DNA of 64,000 nt. Source: Octopus vulgaris (Eukaryota). The stretch is taken from assembly GCA_951406725.2 (NCBI GenBank), contig OX597824.1, forward strand, positions 32,736,001 through 32,800,000. Reading direction: 5' to 3'. The notes beneath the pieces are model-generated. The model was given only the letters and a program-made list of their open reading frames with translations, was not told where the DNA came from and ran no database searches. A program made the translations under genes and the position numbers. Of this stretch, positions 39,600 through 53,283 are shown piece by piece (within the stretch, counting starts at the first letter, position 1; every line of letters begins with the position of its first letter).

Positions 39600-40900
39600 A
39601 ACATCGACACTATTGTTCACCTCTTGTTCCACGACACTGTTGTTCACCGACACTTTTGTTCACCTATTGTTCATCGACGCTATTGTTCACGGAAAATGAT
39701 ATAAATGACCAGATATTCTTGCTAGCTTCTAATAAAAACAAAAACTGAAACAAATCTAGATGGACCGATTTAATATCGAACAGTGATAGCTATTGACAGT
39801 GAGGCTGATTACGATGATGCTAAAACTCTGGTCAATTACTTTAATCCCTCTTTTATTGATATTATTGATGAAATCAAATACTCAACAACCAATAGTTATA
39901 CGGGTGAAATCCTTACTGACAGAATCATACTTAGAATCAATAATATTTCTCCAGTATCGAATTTTTCTTCCATCGATCGCATTTAACCTAACTAATTCAA
40001 TTTGTGCATCGGTGAGGAAATTTTGTGAGATTTTTATACATCCTGACATATAGCATTTCATTTATTTTCCTTGCAAAATATTTGCATGAATTAATTTCTT
40101 CGTCTATACTTCTAATACTTCCTGTCTCTTGGATTTATAACCATTTCAATGAGACTTTAGCTATATGGAGCGTATCTCTGGCCCTTGTATTATTACAAGT
40201 TCTTGGTTCCATGAGTTGTGTATAAAATGGTGGAAAGAAGTAAAAGAAAGCGAGTTTTCAATGAACTGCGACACTTTATTCATCCACGAACCAAAAAAAT
40301 AATCAGCGAACCAGGTGGATACATCATGAAGGTAACTGTCTGTAGAAAATATACTGTTGTGTCGACGCCTCCAGACGATGAAGTAGGCTAGCTCAATACG
40401 TAGATATAGAGGAAGAAGTCTAGACGTCGAGAGTTGAGTAGAGGTCATCCGAACGTACGATATAAATAGTCTGCTTCGCAACTCAATCGAAACTTGGTTA
40501 TAAGTGCTTGGCAAACAGGGACAAAATGACGTGATATAGCTTCTTGAAAATTCTCACCTCACTGGCGAAAATAAGAAAATGTCTCTTATGTATTGATGAT
40601 TAGAGACTCGAGACAGCATTTGATTTTGCCGCGCTAGTTGGTCTAACGCACAATACGATTGGATACAAAACTATATCCCTCGTAAAACTTGACCAATCCA
40701 AGAAAAGGACTCCGTCAATTATTACACCATTCGCATGACCAGTTTATGTGACCAATCGTCAGGAGCATGCAGGATGAGCCGTTTTCCGACTAAGCCTAAA
40801 CGATGCGACAGTTTATGACAACAGTCTCGCTACAAGACTATGGAGTGACTTCTTGTCAAGAAAATATATACTAGGGTTTCCCATAACGAACAGTTTTCTA
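39600..40900 (-). mobile_element. Degenerate Mutator-like (MULE) transposase remnant with short tandem repeats at one end
   Basis: IFSTDSYLHDVSTWFAD followed after a frameshift by LYTTHG, resembling the MULE WF(A)DGTF...LYTIHG region; CGACACTATTGTTCAC-like units at 39605-39690; boundaries uncertain. Confidence 0.55.
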
Positions 40901-43900
40901 AGTGAATAAATTGAATAATGAACATATTTTTCTGAAAAACTTAAACGCACAAATGACTATCGAGACCGTCTAAAACAGTTTCATCATGTTCTCGAAGAAG
41001 AAATACATAGAAGCTTAATACTGTAAAGCGTTGAACTAAATGATTTCTGGGTTTAGTTAATATTCTTTTATGTTTTGAGTCCAAATCTTACCAGGATGAT
41101 TTCCTTTTTCATTTATTCGGATATATCAGTGGAGTAGCAGAGACAATTAAATCGCCGACACCTCTCTCACAAAATTTCTACCATCAGAATGGTTGAGTCT
41201 TAAAAGAATTAATTGTTGCACAAGTGTTTATTTCTCCTCATTACGAGTATAAGTTTAATTGATTTATAAATAAAAATGATTTTTGTTTTCATTAGATATA
41301 TCAACATTGGTTTAACTATTTTGTTTTCGGGCAGATAGCGTCGCTAAGTAATTTTCCTGCAGTCATTTTGCTTTGTATTTAGTTTCGTCATGTTTTACTG
41401 AAATTAGACATTTTTCATTGCACCAGCATCAATAAAATAAATATCTGACACGCACCGGTATTATCAATTCATGGCCCATTTGTCAATGCAATCAGTTCTT
41501 AATTTCTGAAAGGAAGATTATAACCTGTCTTCATAAGAGATCCGTTTTTTATGGCCTGGAATTTACATTTTATGTGTCCAGTTTTCTGACAAGTCCTAAT
41601 CAACGTTTATTACCATTTAGTAGGTAATGTTTTCCGGAAGTTTGGACTTAGTTTCATAGTTTCACAGATGATCTCAGTGATGTTATAATTTATCCTCTTT
41701 TTTCCCCTTAAAATAACCTTCATAAAATAATGTCTTAATGTCCTTTTGGCTCTCCCGAAAGGGATTTTTCAAACTACTTTATTTTATAATTGAATCAGAG
41801 AAGAAACTGCAGCAGTCATGATTGACAAAGGGAAAAGTTATCCGTACATCTGTCGAAAACCCCGTATAAACTCTTGCGACTGAGTGGATTCCACCAAAGG
41901 CAATGTACTGTCGGGTGACATCCAAGTAAAGATATAGTTTTTCTGGTGGGATTCTTCACCATTTCTGTTTACTAAATTTCACTCATAAGGCTTTGATTAA
42001 CCCAGCCGAAGTAGAAGATATTTGCCTAAATGACTATGCAATAGCAGTGATGCCGGATGGAAACAGTTGTACAACGAACATCTTGACTTCACGACCAATT
42101 CATCAAACAATCTTACTACTATCATTGCAACTGAAAATAAATCATCAAAGTAACCAATGAAATTCTTAATGAGTTTTTAAAATATTTTCAGTAGGACTTA
42201 CTACAGTTGATATCTTTATCACATGAATATAATAAATATTGGTCTCTAATTTTGGCTCAAGGCCAGCAAGTTCGGGGGACAGGATAAGTCGATTACATCG
42301 ACCTTAGTGCTCAAATAGTACTTATGTTATTGACTCCAGAATAATAAAAGGCAAAGTGGACCTCGGCGGAATTTAAACTCAACGTGAAGAAATACCCGGT
42401 GTGCTAACGATTCTGCCAGTTCACTGCCTCTGGATATAATAAATATTACAAGATTCTTATATCTTTGTTTCATGGTCAACTTCCAACAAACATCAAGGAA
42501 TATATTATGTTGATCTTAATGGCCGCTGGGTAAGTCACCATAATATCAAAACTTGTGCAAAACTTGTGCAAAACCCGACTCAGTAAATTTATAATTATCA
42601 TTAAATGTTCTCTCCATGATATTTAAGTGTTTTAATAGTATTGCTCCGGTTATTAATTCCATCTCTTTCACTGGGAAATACAAACCTCGAGTTGTGTATA
42701 TGTGAATAGATATTGTTTTTATTCCTGGAATGGTTCTATGCTTAAGCAGTTTGTTTCACCACCACAATGTTTCTATTTCTATTTCACTACTCAGCGCTTT
42801 ACGTATGTATGTATGTATGTATGTATGTATGTATGTATGTATGTATGTATGTATGTATGTATGTATGCTTTTTCTTTGAGTTTAAGTTCCTTAGAGACCT
42901 CCAACCAGTCGCTAACAAAGCGACAAGACTTTTTGAGTTTAGAGAGTACCCGGTATCTGTAAATATGTGACTGAGCTGGTGTGCTGGTTGAACTGTCGAT
43001 GCGTGCAACCAAGTGTGTGCATCTATTCACACAAGAGTGCAATATGGAGAATTTTGGGGGATGTCGTACAGATCTTTACTGTGCCACTAATAGATTGGAC
43101 TTGGAGAATCCGCATCAGTTTCTTTTGCTCTTTCTCTGTGAAACCGAGTATTTCTAGGTTTTTGTGCAAATTTTTTGGTACATAACCTTATGCACCTATC
43201 ATGATAAGTACAAATGAAAATTCATAGTCAGGGTACAAGGGTTGTAAGTTCCACATTAATTCATGTATGTATGTATGTATGTATGTAAATAAATGCGCCC
43301 TTTTAAAGCCTAGCCAGGCTCATGGGCCCGGTTTCCCGGTCTCTATGGCGTATGTGTTCCCCAGCCTGACGGAGGCGCGTGGCTTAGTGGTTAGGGTGTC
43401 AGCATCATGATCGTAAAATTGTGGTTTCGATTCCTGGACCGAGCGACGCGTTGTGTTTTTGATCAAAACACTTCATTTCACATTGATCCAGTCCACTCAG
43501 CTGGTAAAAATGAGTAACGCTGCGATGGACAGGCGTCCCATCCAGCTGGGGAACACATAAGCCATTGAAACCGGGAAACCAGGCCCATGAACCTGGCTAG
43601 GCTTTAAAAGGGCGCATTTATTTTTTTATGTATGTATGTATGTATGTATGTATGTATGTATGTATGTATGTATGTATGTATGTATGTATGTATGTATGTA
43701 TGTATGTATGTATGTATGTATGTATGTATGCATGTAAGTTTATGTATGTACTTGTATGTATATACGATTTATGAAAAGGGCAAATTTAGCTAGTTCTCCG
43801 TAGACTGAAAAAACGATAAACAACCTTAATCGATTTTCAAATCTTATTGAATTCTCATCAGAGACGTCTGCATCAATTTGACTAATTCCAAAGAAATGAG

Positions 43901-43950
43901 ATGCCAATCTGTTTATATATTAAACAATTTCAGTAGCTAAGAAAACTAGA

Positions 43951-44026
<76 letters not shown>

Positions 44027-44589
44027 TCATCGGCGAGGAAAGTAGAAAACAATGACACTTGATATATATTTGCTCAGCATCAAGTCATCGAGATTCTTTC
44101 CGTAACGCCATCGATTTACAGAGACCCTCATCGTCATAAATGCGGTAAAACTAGTGATTGGCTAGTTTATATCATGCAACAAACGACACTTTTGGGCACA
44201 AATTACGATATAAAATTACATAAATGAATAAAAAAAAAAACTAGGGGAATGCTGTTCCATTAAATATTTGTCTATTTGAAATGTTATATTCGAGGACTGA
44301 TATAGGTCCGGTGTTCAGTGATGTCTCCTTTTATTCCGGAAGCAAATTACATTTATAGCACTCAAATGATATCTTTTACCTTTTATCAGTTACCTGTTTC
44401 AGTCACTAAACCTGCTGCCATGCTGGGGCACCGCGTTGAAGAATTTTTAGTCGAATCGGTTCTATCGGTGTCTTTTGTGCTGGACCGCTGGAGGGGTGGG
44501 GGATGTACACAAACCCACCGCCACCGGGGGACAAACACAGACACAAATACACGCACACACACACACATACACACGCGCGCTCGCACACA

Positions 44590-44640
<51 letters not shown>

Positions 44641-44875
44641 CAAATTGAGATAGGGGTTGTAAGTGCAACCCTCCATGGGATAACATATACCCAATATACT
44701 GCTAGTAAAGCGCCCAACAAAGTTAATACATAAATGTTAAGAATTGCGATGCAATTAATTCATTTACTGTATTATATGGGCAAAGGTAAAATGTTTTACC
44801 ACAAATTAATAATACAAAATAAGAAAATGGAGAAACACATCTTTGATTAAGATGTGGTTCTCCATTTTCTTATTT

Positions 44876-44908
<33 letters not shown>

Positions 44909-45451
44909 GTGATATAATATGTGACAAATATTCAGTTGCAATAATAAAACTCCGATTTTCTGATCTCGGGTCTGAAATTTGCTCCGGCATCTCGTCAGTT
45001 ATTAAGACAATACAAAAATGCATTTTTAGATTGCCTTAATAACCGACAAGATACTCGGGCAGATTACTGTTTCGAGTTTTGTTATGGCAGCCGAATAATT
45101 GTCACATTTTATATCACAAATAAATTCCTCTATTTACATAATATCGAGGTCTCATTCATTCTTTTATTATCATTACTATTAATATATATATATATTAATA
45201 GAGACCGATAGAATAAGTACTGGGCTTACAAAAAGAATAAGTCCCGGGGTCGAGTTGTTCGACTAAAGGCGGTGCTCCAGCATGGCCGCAGTCAAATGAC
45301 TGAAACAAAAAGAAAGAAAAAAAGAAAGAAAGAAAGAAAGAATATATATATTTGATCTTTGACTTCTGGCCGAAATCAGATCGCCATGTTGATTCGCTAG
45401 CCTCTGCAAGCATTTTTTTCTCTCCTTCTTTCTGTGTTTCTTCTCTGTGTA

Positions 45452-45489
45452 TCTTTCTGTTGAAGAGCGTAGGCTCGAAACGTTAAAGA
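45452..45489 (+). ncRNA. Minimal type I hammerhead-like motif with variant core CUGUUGA
   Basis: TCTTT-CTGTTGA-A-GAGC-GTAG-GCTC-GAAAC-GTT-AAAGA; lies in a PLE-type terminus (~45350-45618) ending at (TA)n. Confidence 0.6.
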
Positions 45490-45617
45490 CTTGTTTTATT
45501 TATATTTCCTGAGCGCCATACTAATACAATTGTTTGTTTGTATTCCACCTGCCTTCGTCTTTTGTTTATTTCCGTAAACCTGCCTTCGTCTTTTGTCTAT
45601 TTTCATAAAGCTTCCCG

Positions 45618-45676
<59 letters not shown>

Positions 45677-46357
45677 ATGGATTTCTTTCAGTTTCCGTCT
45701 ATCAAGTCCACTCACAAGGCTTTGGATAGCTCGAAGCTATAGTCGAAGACAGCTTCCCAAGGAACCACCCATTGAGACTGAACCTAGAAACATGTGGTTG
45801 AGAAGTAAACTTCTTACCACCCAGCCACGCCTACGATAGTTTATCGATTCATTACAAAAGAATAATGGATTTCCTTTCCTGAATAACAAAAATATTTTGT
45901 ATGCGTTTGAGTTTAGATTTGGTGAACTCGTATATCGTAGCTGTTTACTCTAAGACTGATATTTCCTGCTTATTCTATAGTCATGAACCATGTTCAATAA
46001 GTTGTTTTCAGACTTTTAGAATATTCTTAGAATTACTGATCTATAATTAGAATCAATGTATGTATAATTGGAATTTGAATATAACGGGAACAGATTACGA
46101 ACTTTAGAGCTAGGAGACTCGTTCTTTCTGTCACCCTATTCTAATTCCCCTTAATAATTCAATATCCGTATGATCGATGCAAATTAACCGCAAAATTTAA
46201 TCGATCGTAAGTATTATCAAATTAAATTAACACCGGTTCAAAAAGTTTGATTCGCTAAGCTAGTCAGATTGATTGACTAATTATAATCATCGACGTTGTT
46301 TATCCCAATCGGCTTATTTCTGCCAAGCTTTGAATTCATCCTTCTATCCACCCACCC

Positions 46358-46524
<167 letters not shown>

Positions 46525-46734
46525 GTATATATATATATTTCTTGAAATTTCTCTCTCCAGCCCTGAGCTTGTCTGGACAAGTAATTAACTACCTCAGTCG
46601 TTTCCCTCTATGTCTCTCTGAATATCTACCGGACTTGAAAGTAGTTTTGTGACTTAGTCGCTGTTGTTAGCAGACGTTCATCTCTGGACAGCTTAATGAA
46701 TGAAGTTACATATTTAGAATTATTATATACATAA

Positions 46735-47125
46735 CTAGCAGCATCACCCGGCGTTGCTCGGGTTTGTTTCGACCCTTAGAATTGGAACTTTTGAAAAGTA
46801 AAAATTTTGCATTATGTAGCTTGTTATTCTCTTTAAGTGAACATTTTTCTGGTTGAAATACACCGAAAAATGGCGATACAGCAGTCAAAAAATTGTTAAA
46901 AATAGGGATTTTCATAGAAAAAAAGCACCTTTCTGATGTAAATAGTTTATGGTGTTAAGATGGTCCGATTTGAATTTTTTATTCTACGAAAGAAAGAGCA
47001 AGCCTTCCTCTATCATACTCTCAATTTTGGTCAACTTGCACCGCAGGGTCTCGGAGGAGATAGTATTAGTTGAAGGCTACCAAACCTGTCATACACCGAC
47101 AACTTCAGCTTTATATATAGAGAGA
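46735..47125 (-). mobile_element. Complete non-autonomous Helitron
   Basis: 5' TCTCTCTATATATAAAG; 3' hairpin CCCGAGCAACGCCGGG then CTAG; sits between A and T, no TSD. Confidence 0.85.
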
Positions 47126-47858
47126 TTCGTGAAGCTGCGATGCTTAGTGGTCAGAGTGTTGCTCTCACGATCGCCAGATTGTGGGTTCGATTTCCGGAAC
47201 GAGAGGTCTGTTGCGTTGTATTCTTGAGCAAAACACTTCATTTCACGTTGTTCCAGTCCACTCAGCTGCAAATGGGCAACCATGCGAGAGAATAACCTTC
47301 CGATCAGCGGCAATGCTGGCCTGCTTGCCTAGCCAGCGGGGAGGTATCGTTTGAAAGCTCAAACAATGCAAACAGCACTGTGACAAGCGATGTATATCAA
47401 CACCCGATAGTCTGGTCGATCACGTGACATACACATTTTAAAGTATTTTCTTGGGGACGGTCATATTTTTCTAGTTGAACACACGCACTGTATATTTGGT
47501 ATTCACTTCAGCTTTATGACACATACCACATAAAGACAAAATAAGCAGAACAAGAAAAGACATGTGGGTTAGAGAGTCGCTGAGGAAGTCAAAGGGTGTG
47601 TGACGAAAGAGCTTTGACAAAGAAGCTAAAATAATAGTTCTTTCTACTAAAGGTACAAGGCCTGGAATTTGTGGGGAGGAGACTAGTCGATTACATCGAC
47701 CCCACTGTTTCATTAGTACTTAATTTATCGACCCTGAAAGGATGAAAGGCAAAGTCGACCACGGCGGAATTTAAGCTCAGAACTTAGGGACGGGTGAAAT
47801 ACCGCTAAGCATTTCGTCCAGCATGCTAACAATTCTGCCAGCTCGCCGCCAGAGGAAC

Positions 47859-47912
<54 letters not shown>

Positions 47913-47913
<1 letters not shown>

Positions 47914-48468
47914 TGCCCTGATGCAGTACCAGGCAGTGGCTCTCATGGCTTCTGATCTTAACTGATTGGAAGTGTTATCATGTACATTGTTTTGTCTTGG
48001 TATAAAAGATGGGCTACAGCAAATATTCTGCTCAATACCACAGATTTGCTTGTCAGTTGTTTGACCTTAACCAGTTGAGCATGTCCCTTAGTGGCTGACG
48101 ATATGTGCATCTCTGATCACGAGCAGAAGTAGTGGGGGAGCATCATAGCCATGTGTTGAGAGGGATTCTTTGGGGTTTGAATAGTTCACCTCTGGAAACA
48201 TGGGTGGTTCTTTCAACATCCTTAAACAACCCTTATTCAGGGACCGTTTGAGCGGGATGGGCTACTCAACCCGGAGAAAATTCTAACTGGGCCCCACCTG
48301 CAAGGTCATGTGCTGTTTATCTTGATATGAGATCACCATGTCGCGCACATATGGTTGTGATGCATGTGCCTGGTGTACCTTTATCAGACGGGTAGTCATG
48401 ATGGGTATATTGGGTTTCGTATATTTTACCCCAGTGTCACTTTGATGGCATGAATTGCTCTCTCACTC
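47913..48468 (+). mobile_element. ~550-bp TAA-embedded element, copy 3 (longest 5' end)
   Basis: Aligns to 26112-26653; starts TGCCCTGATGCAGTACCAGGCA; (AAT)n flanks. Confidence 0.85.
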
Positions 48469-48533
<65 letters not shown>

Positions 48534-49878
48534 TAATAATAATCTTTTCTGCTCTAGGCACAAGCCCTGAAATTTTGGGGAGGGGGCCAGTCGATTAGAT
48601 AGACCCCTGTACGCAACAGGTACTTAATTTATCGACCCCGAAAGGTTGAAACACAAAGTCGACCTCGGCGGAATTTGAACTCAGAACGTAACGGCATACG
48701 AAAAACCGCTAAGCACTTCGCCCGGCGTGCTAATATTTCTGCCAGCTCGCCGTCTTGCTAAAATAATAATAGTAAAGCTGAAGTGAAGACCAAATATGCA
48801 GTGTGTCTGTCTAATTGGCAAAGTAAGACCATCACCAACTATAACAATCTCTGTTTCACGATTTCACATCAAGAGTCTTACAAAACAAATGCATAAAGGT
48901 AAAAACTTTTCTTCTCAGCAAAACACATTTCCGACTCTTATACATCAGATACAAATGAATCAACGGGGTTATTTGAAACGAGGCTGACTATAATGGATTT
49001 TCTATCATTTATTACCGTGATCCTGTGTATCACTGATCCTGTGTATCACTGATCCTGTGACGCTGAGAATATTGACACAAGGACATGACTAGCGGCAACA
49101 AACTTAACGCAACGTTCTTCAATTTTATTTCTCTCTAACTACCATTCAGCTGTTTCCTTTGAATATTTCATCGTTTATCTTTTACATGTCTCAGTCATTA
49201 GACTGCGGCCATGCTGGGGCACACCTGAAGAATTTTAGTCAAACGAATGGACCGCATTGCTTCTTTCTTTTTTTTTTTTTTTTTTGAGCCTGGTATTCTA
49301 TCGGTTTCTTTTTGCCAAACCGCTAGCTTACGGGGACATAAACACACCAGCACCTGTTGTCAGGCGATGGTGGGAGACAAATACAGATACAAGGAAACAC
49401 ACACACAAACACACAAACACACACACACTTACACATGCACGCACACACCACATCCCACTACACACGCACGCACATACGTATGTGTTTATGTATGTATCTC
49501 TTTCTCTTTCCGTCTTTCTCTCTGTCTGTTTGTCTCACTCTCTCTATACATGCATATATACATACATGCATACATACATACATACACTGAAGCTCCGATG
49601 AAGCTAAATGATGCTACACAAGGATTCAGCTATGAGCGCATTGCATTTAATAGCAGAAACAACTGTAAGCTAATGGAGTTCATGACATATTTTTTTCATT
49701 CCTTAGTCATTCTAATTTCTTATTACTGCTCTAAACTCAAATAACGCTTCGTTCTAAAGCATATGGTATATAGAGATCTTACACCAGATTATTAGTATCG
49801 TTATGCTTAAGCGAAAAAAATGTGTGTGCGCGTCCGAGCGCGTGTACATATATCTATACATGTATGCATGCTTGTATG

Positions 49879-49912
<34 letters not shown>

Positions 49913-49956
49913 TGTATGTATGTATGTATGTATGTATGTATGTATGTATGTATGTG

Positions 49957-50210
49957 TGGAGGCACGTGGCTTAGTGGTTAGGGTGTCAGCATCATGATCG
50001 TAAGATTGTGGTTTCGATTCCTGGACCGGGCGACGTGTTGTGTTCTTGAGCAAAACACTTCATTTCACGTTGCTCCAGTCCACTCAGCTGGCAAAAATGA
50101 GTAACGCTGCGATGGACTGGCGTCCCGTCCAGCAGGAGAACACGCCATAGAAACCGGGAAACCGGGAAACCGGGCCCATGAGCCTGGCTAGGCTTTAAAA
50201 GGGCGCATTA
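49957..50210 (+). mobile_element. tRNA-derived SINE family C in (TATG)n; related copies 43372-43621 (+), 50631-50955 (+), 16255-16548 (-)
   Basis: A box TGGCTTAGTGG, B box GTTTCGATTCC, GCGATGGACTGGCGTCCCGTCCAG segment resembling the V-SINE domain. Confidence 0.88.
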
Positions 50211-50467
50211 TTTTATGTATGTATGTATGTATGTATGTATGTATGTATGTATGTATGTATGTATGTATGTATGTATGTATGAATGTATATGAAATACACT
50301 TAATTTAACTGTTAGCACTCTGAAAATCTTCAGGAATTTTTATCGCAGCAGTTGGTCGCGTTACATTTAATTGCTTTGGACGTTTTAAAATTTTTACCAA
50401 GTGGCTCGCCAATATACATCGAAATGGTACTAAATGCTCACACTTTACGGTGGATGCCCATATAAAC

Positions 50468-51166
50468 CAGGTGTTCTCAACCATTTTTGTTTTTTACCTG
50501 TGAACCACTTTGATTACTATTTTATTCTGGTGGACCCCATGGCCATTCGATGTTTTAAAATTTCTTTTATAGAAAATTCTTTCAAAATACCTATTTTGTT
50601 TTTCACACATTCACTTGTGTAAGCAGAACTATGGAGGCGCAATGGCCTAGTGCTTAGGGCAGCGGACACGTGGTCGGAGTTAGGGCAGCGGACACGTGGT
50701 GTCGATTCCCAGATCGGGCGTTGTGTGTGTTTATTGAACGAAAACACCTAAAGCTCCACAAGGCTCCGACAGGTGGTGGTGGCGACCTCTGTTGTACTCT
50801 TTCGCCCCAACTTTCTCTCACTCTTTCTTCCTGTTTCTTGAGTAACGCTGCGATGGACTGGCGTCCCGTCCAACTGGGGGGGGGGGGCACATACGCCACA
50901 GAAACCGGGAAACCGGGCCCATGAGCCTGGCTAGGCTCGAAAAGGGCGCATAAATGAAAATAAAAAAAGCTGAATTATGTAAAATGTTAGGGAAAGAAAC
51001 CAAGCCGTTTCTTGCAATACATATCAATACATATATCTAAAGAAAAAATTTTTTAGGGGTCTTTATATTATCATTGTGGGTCCCAAATTTACTATTTTGT
51101 TTCGTGGTCTCCCTAAATCTTGTATGGACCCTCAGGGACAATATGGATTCCAGTTGAGAACCAATG
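50468..51166. mobile_element. hAT-type MITE with a nested SINE
   Basis: Ends CAGGTGTTCTCAAC / GTTGAGAACCAATG; TSD ATATAAAC / ATATAGAC. Confidence 0.75.
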
Positions 51167-51475
51167 ATATAGACTGATGTAAAGAATGCTATGAATTTCT
51201 GGAGAAAGGCACAAAAAATTGAATTCTATACAGATGGATAATCGCATCAACGTGAAAAGTAATTCTTATGATGTATTTCACAATATCATTTCACAACAAA
51301 CCTAATGTTAGCTGCATTACGTTTGTTCGATGCGACTACTGCTATGGTACAAGAAGTGTAAAGCATTTCTATGTTAATCAGACATATTGTAAACTGGAAG
51401 AGTTTTTGTGAACAGCAGGATACCATCTAGTCAAACTAAGACAATAATCTTATCGCGGAGTAAAGTGCGAAACTG

Positions 51476-51540
<65 letters not shown>

Positions 51541-51829
51541 AGTGTAGGTGGTATACGAGTGGATATATATTTATAAAAAAGAAGTTTGAAAACGCCACTA
51601 TATAAGACAAATTTTAATTTTCTTAGAAATTTTACATGTTTCGGTTCTTCTTGAAAAAACGAACCTTATCAAAGATATTTTTTTAAAAATTAACTGTAAT
51701 AAAAAAACTTCATAATTGATTCTTACTAGTCTCAACAGAATCCACGTGATAGTTTTTTGTGAGGGGGAGCATAATAGCTGTCTTGTATGTTGACTAGATT
51801 CGTTAACTGAAGTTGGGGAAGCAGTAGTA

Positions 51830-51871
<42 letters not shown>

Positions 51872-51931
51872 AGAGTTTACGAAAAAAACAAAAGACGAAG
51901 ACAGGTGGTGTACAAAACAAACAGATGTATT

Positions 51932-52012
<81 letters not shown>

Positions 52013-52341
52013 TAAGGTACCAGTAGAACCAGGTCGCAATCGGTGTGACAAAAATGTTGACACCAAATAATAAATATTTATGTGAAGTGTGCAGTTTTTG
52101 CATTTTTTAATGGTGAATATGTGTATACCACGCTGTTATTTTCGTTTCAGTAGACTGTCTCAGATCAAAACACTTGCCAGGTAAGTACATTATCGAAATT
52201 ATATTATATTACAATATGCATACAAATATACATACATACACACACGAGCATATGTGTGTTTGTGTGTGGATATGTATGTATGTCTCTCTGTCTACGTGTG
52301 TGTATATGCATACATACACACACACACACACACACACTCAC

Positions 52342-52464
<123 letters not shown>

Positions 52465-53283
52465 TGTATGTATACATGACATTTTGTGTGTGTTTCTGCA
52501 TCAACGAGCATAGTCTTAACCTAAAATTAAAATGACATAGTTATAAAAAGCAGTATCTGCTTGTAAAAAAAAATTTTTTAAAGAAAAAAAAAAGGAAAAC
52601 TAAAATTACGACCTAGAAAAATAATGCTTTCAAATATTGGCACATTATCAGCAGACCATGACAAATAATGCATACAAAGAGATGGTATACAAAAGCATAA
52701 ACAATCGCTATCCACAGCTCTCACCAAGGAGCCATTCATGCTTTCTGAATATTTTAAATTTTCTCTTATCATTCATTCATTTGTTTCAGTCATTAGACTG
52801 CAGCCATGCTGGGGTCACTGCCCTGAACTAATGACAAATCGAACATACGACTATGAGATATCATATCTATTATGTTTTCGTCTTTACTTGTTTCCGTCAA
52901 TGGACTGCTGCCATTCTGGGGCACTTCTTCGAAGGGTTTTACTTGAACAAATCGACTCCATTACTTTTGTTTTTCGTGTCTGATACTTATTCTAAAAGTA
53001 TCTTTTGCGTAACCCCTAGGTTACGAAGACGTAAACAAACCAACACTGGCTGTCAAGTAGCGGTGTGACAAACACACACATACATATATTTATATACATA
53101 CGTACATACGTATACACACACACACACACACACACACACATATGCAGGAAATAAATAGATACCTTTGATTTTCAAAATTTCTGATCTAAGCGTCTAATTA
53201 TGTTTTCAGTGGTGTACAATTTACAATGTAATTATTCTTTTTCATTCCAGTGCCATTATATTAAACATTTACGAAGAGTAACC

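Larger units (their letters stand above)
36569..42803. repeat. 178-bp inverted repeat pair (36569-36746 and 42626-42803)
   Basis: Manual alignment: 6 mismatches in 178 bp, no gaps. Confidence 0.9.

Noticed and set aside
39605-39690. CRISPR-like short repeats
   Set aside because: Degenerate adjacent ~16-bp units without unique spacers, in a eukaryotic context; better explained as transposon subterminal repeats.
39783-39986. 67-aa ORF with protein-like composition
   Set aside because: Lies within the decayed transposon region; no recognisable domain or splice support.
41455-41506. Possible minus-strand exon 2 after acceptor TCTTCCTTTCAG
   Set aside because: All three frames hit a stop before the candidate donor.
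49018-49060. 16-bp tandem TGATCCTGTGTATCAC (also small tandems at ~42547 and ~61405)
   Set aside because: Ordinary slippage duplications with no further structure.
49957-50030. Apparent tRNA genes (also 16480-16548, 29261-29300, 43372-43445, 58765-58836)
   Set aside because: A/B boxes continue into SINE bodies or are truncated; no proper cloverleaf or terminator.
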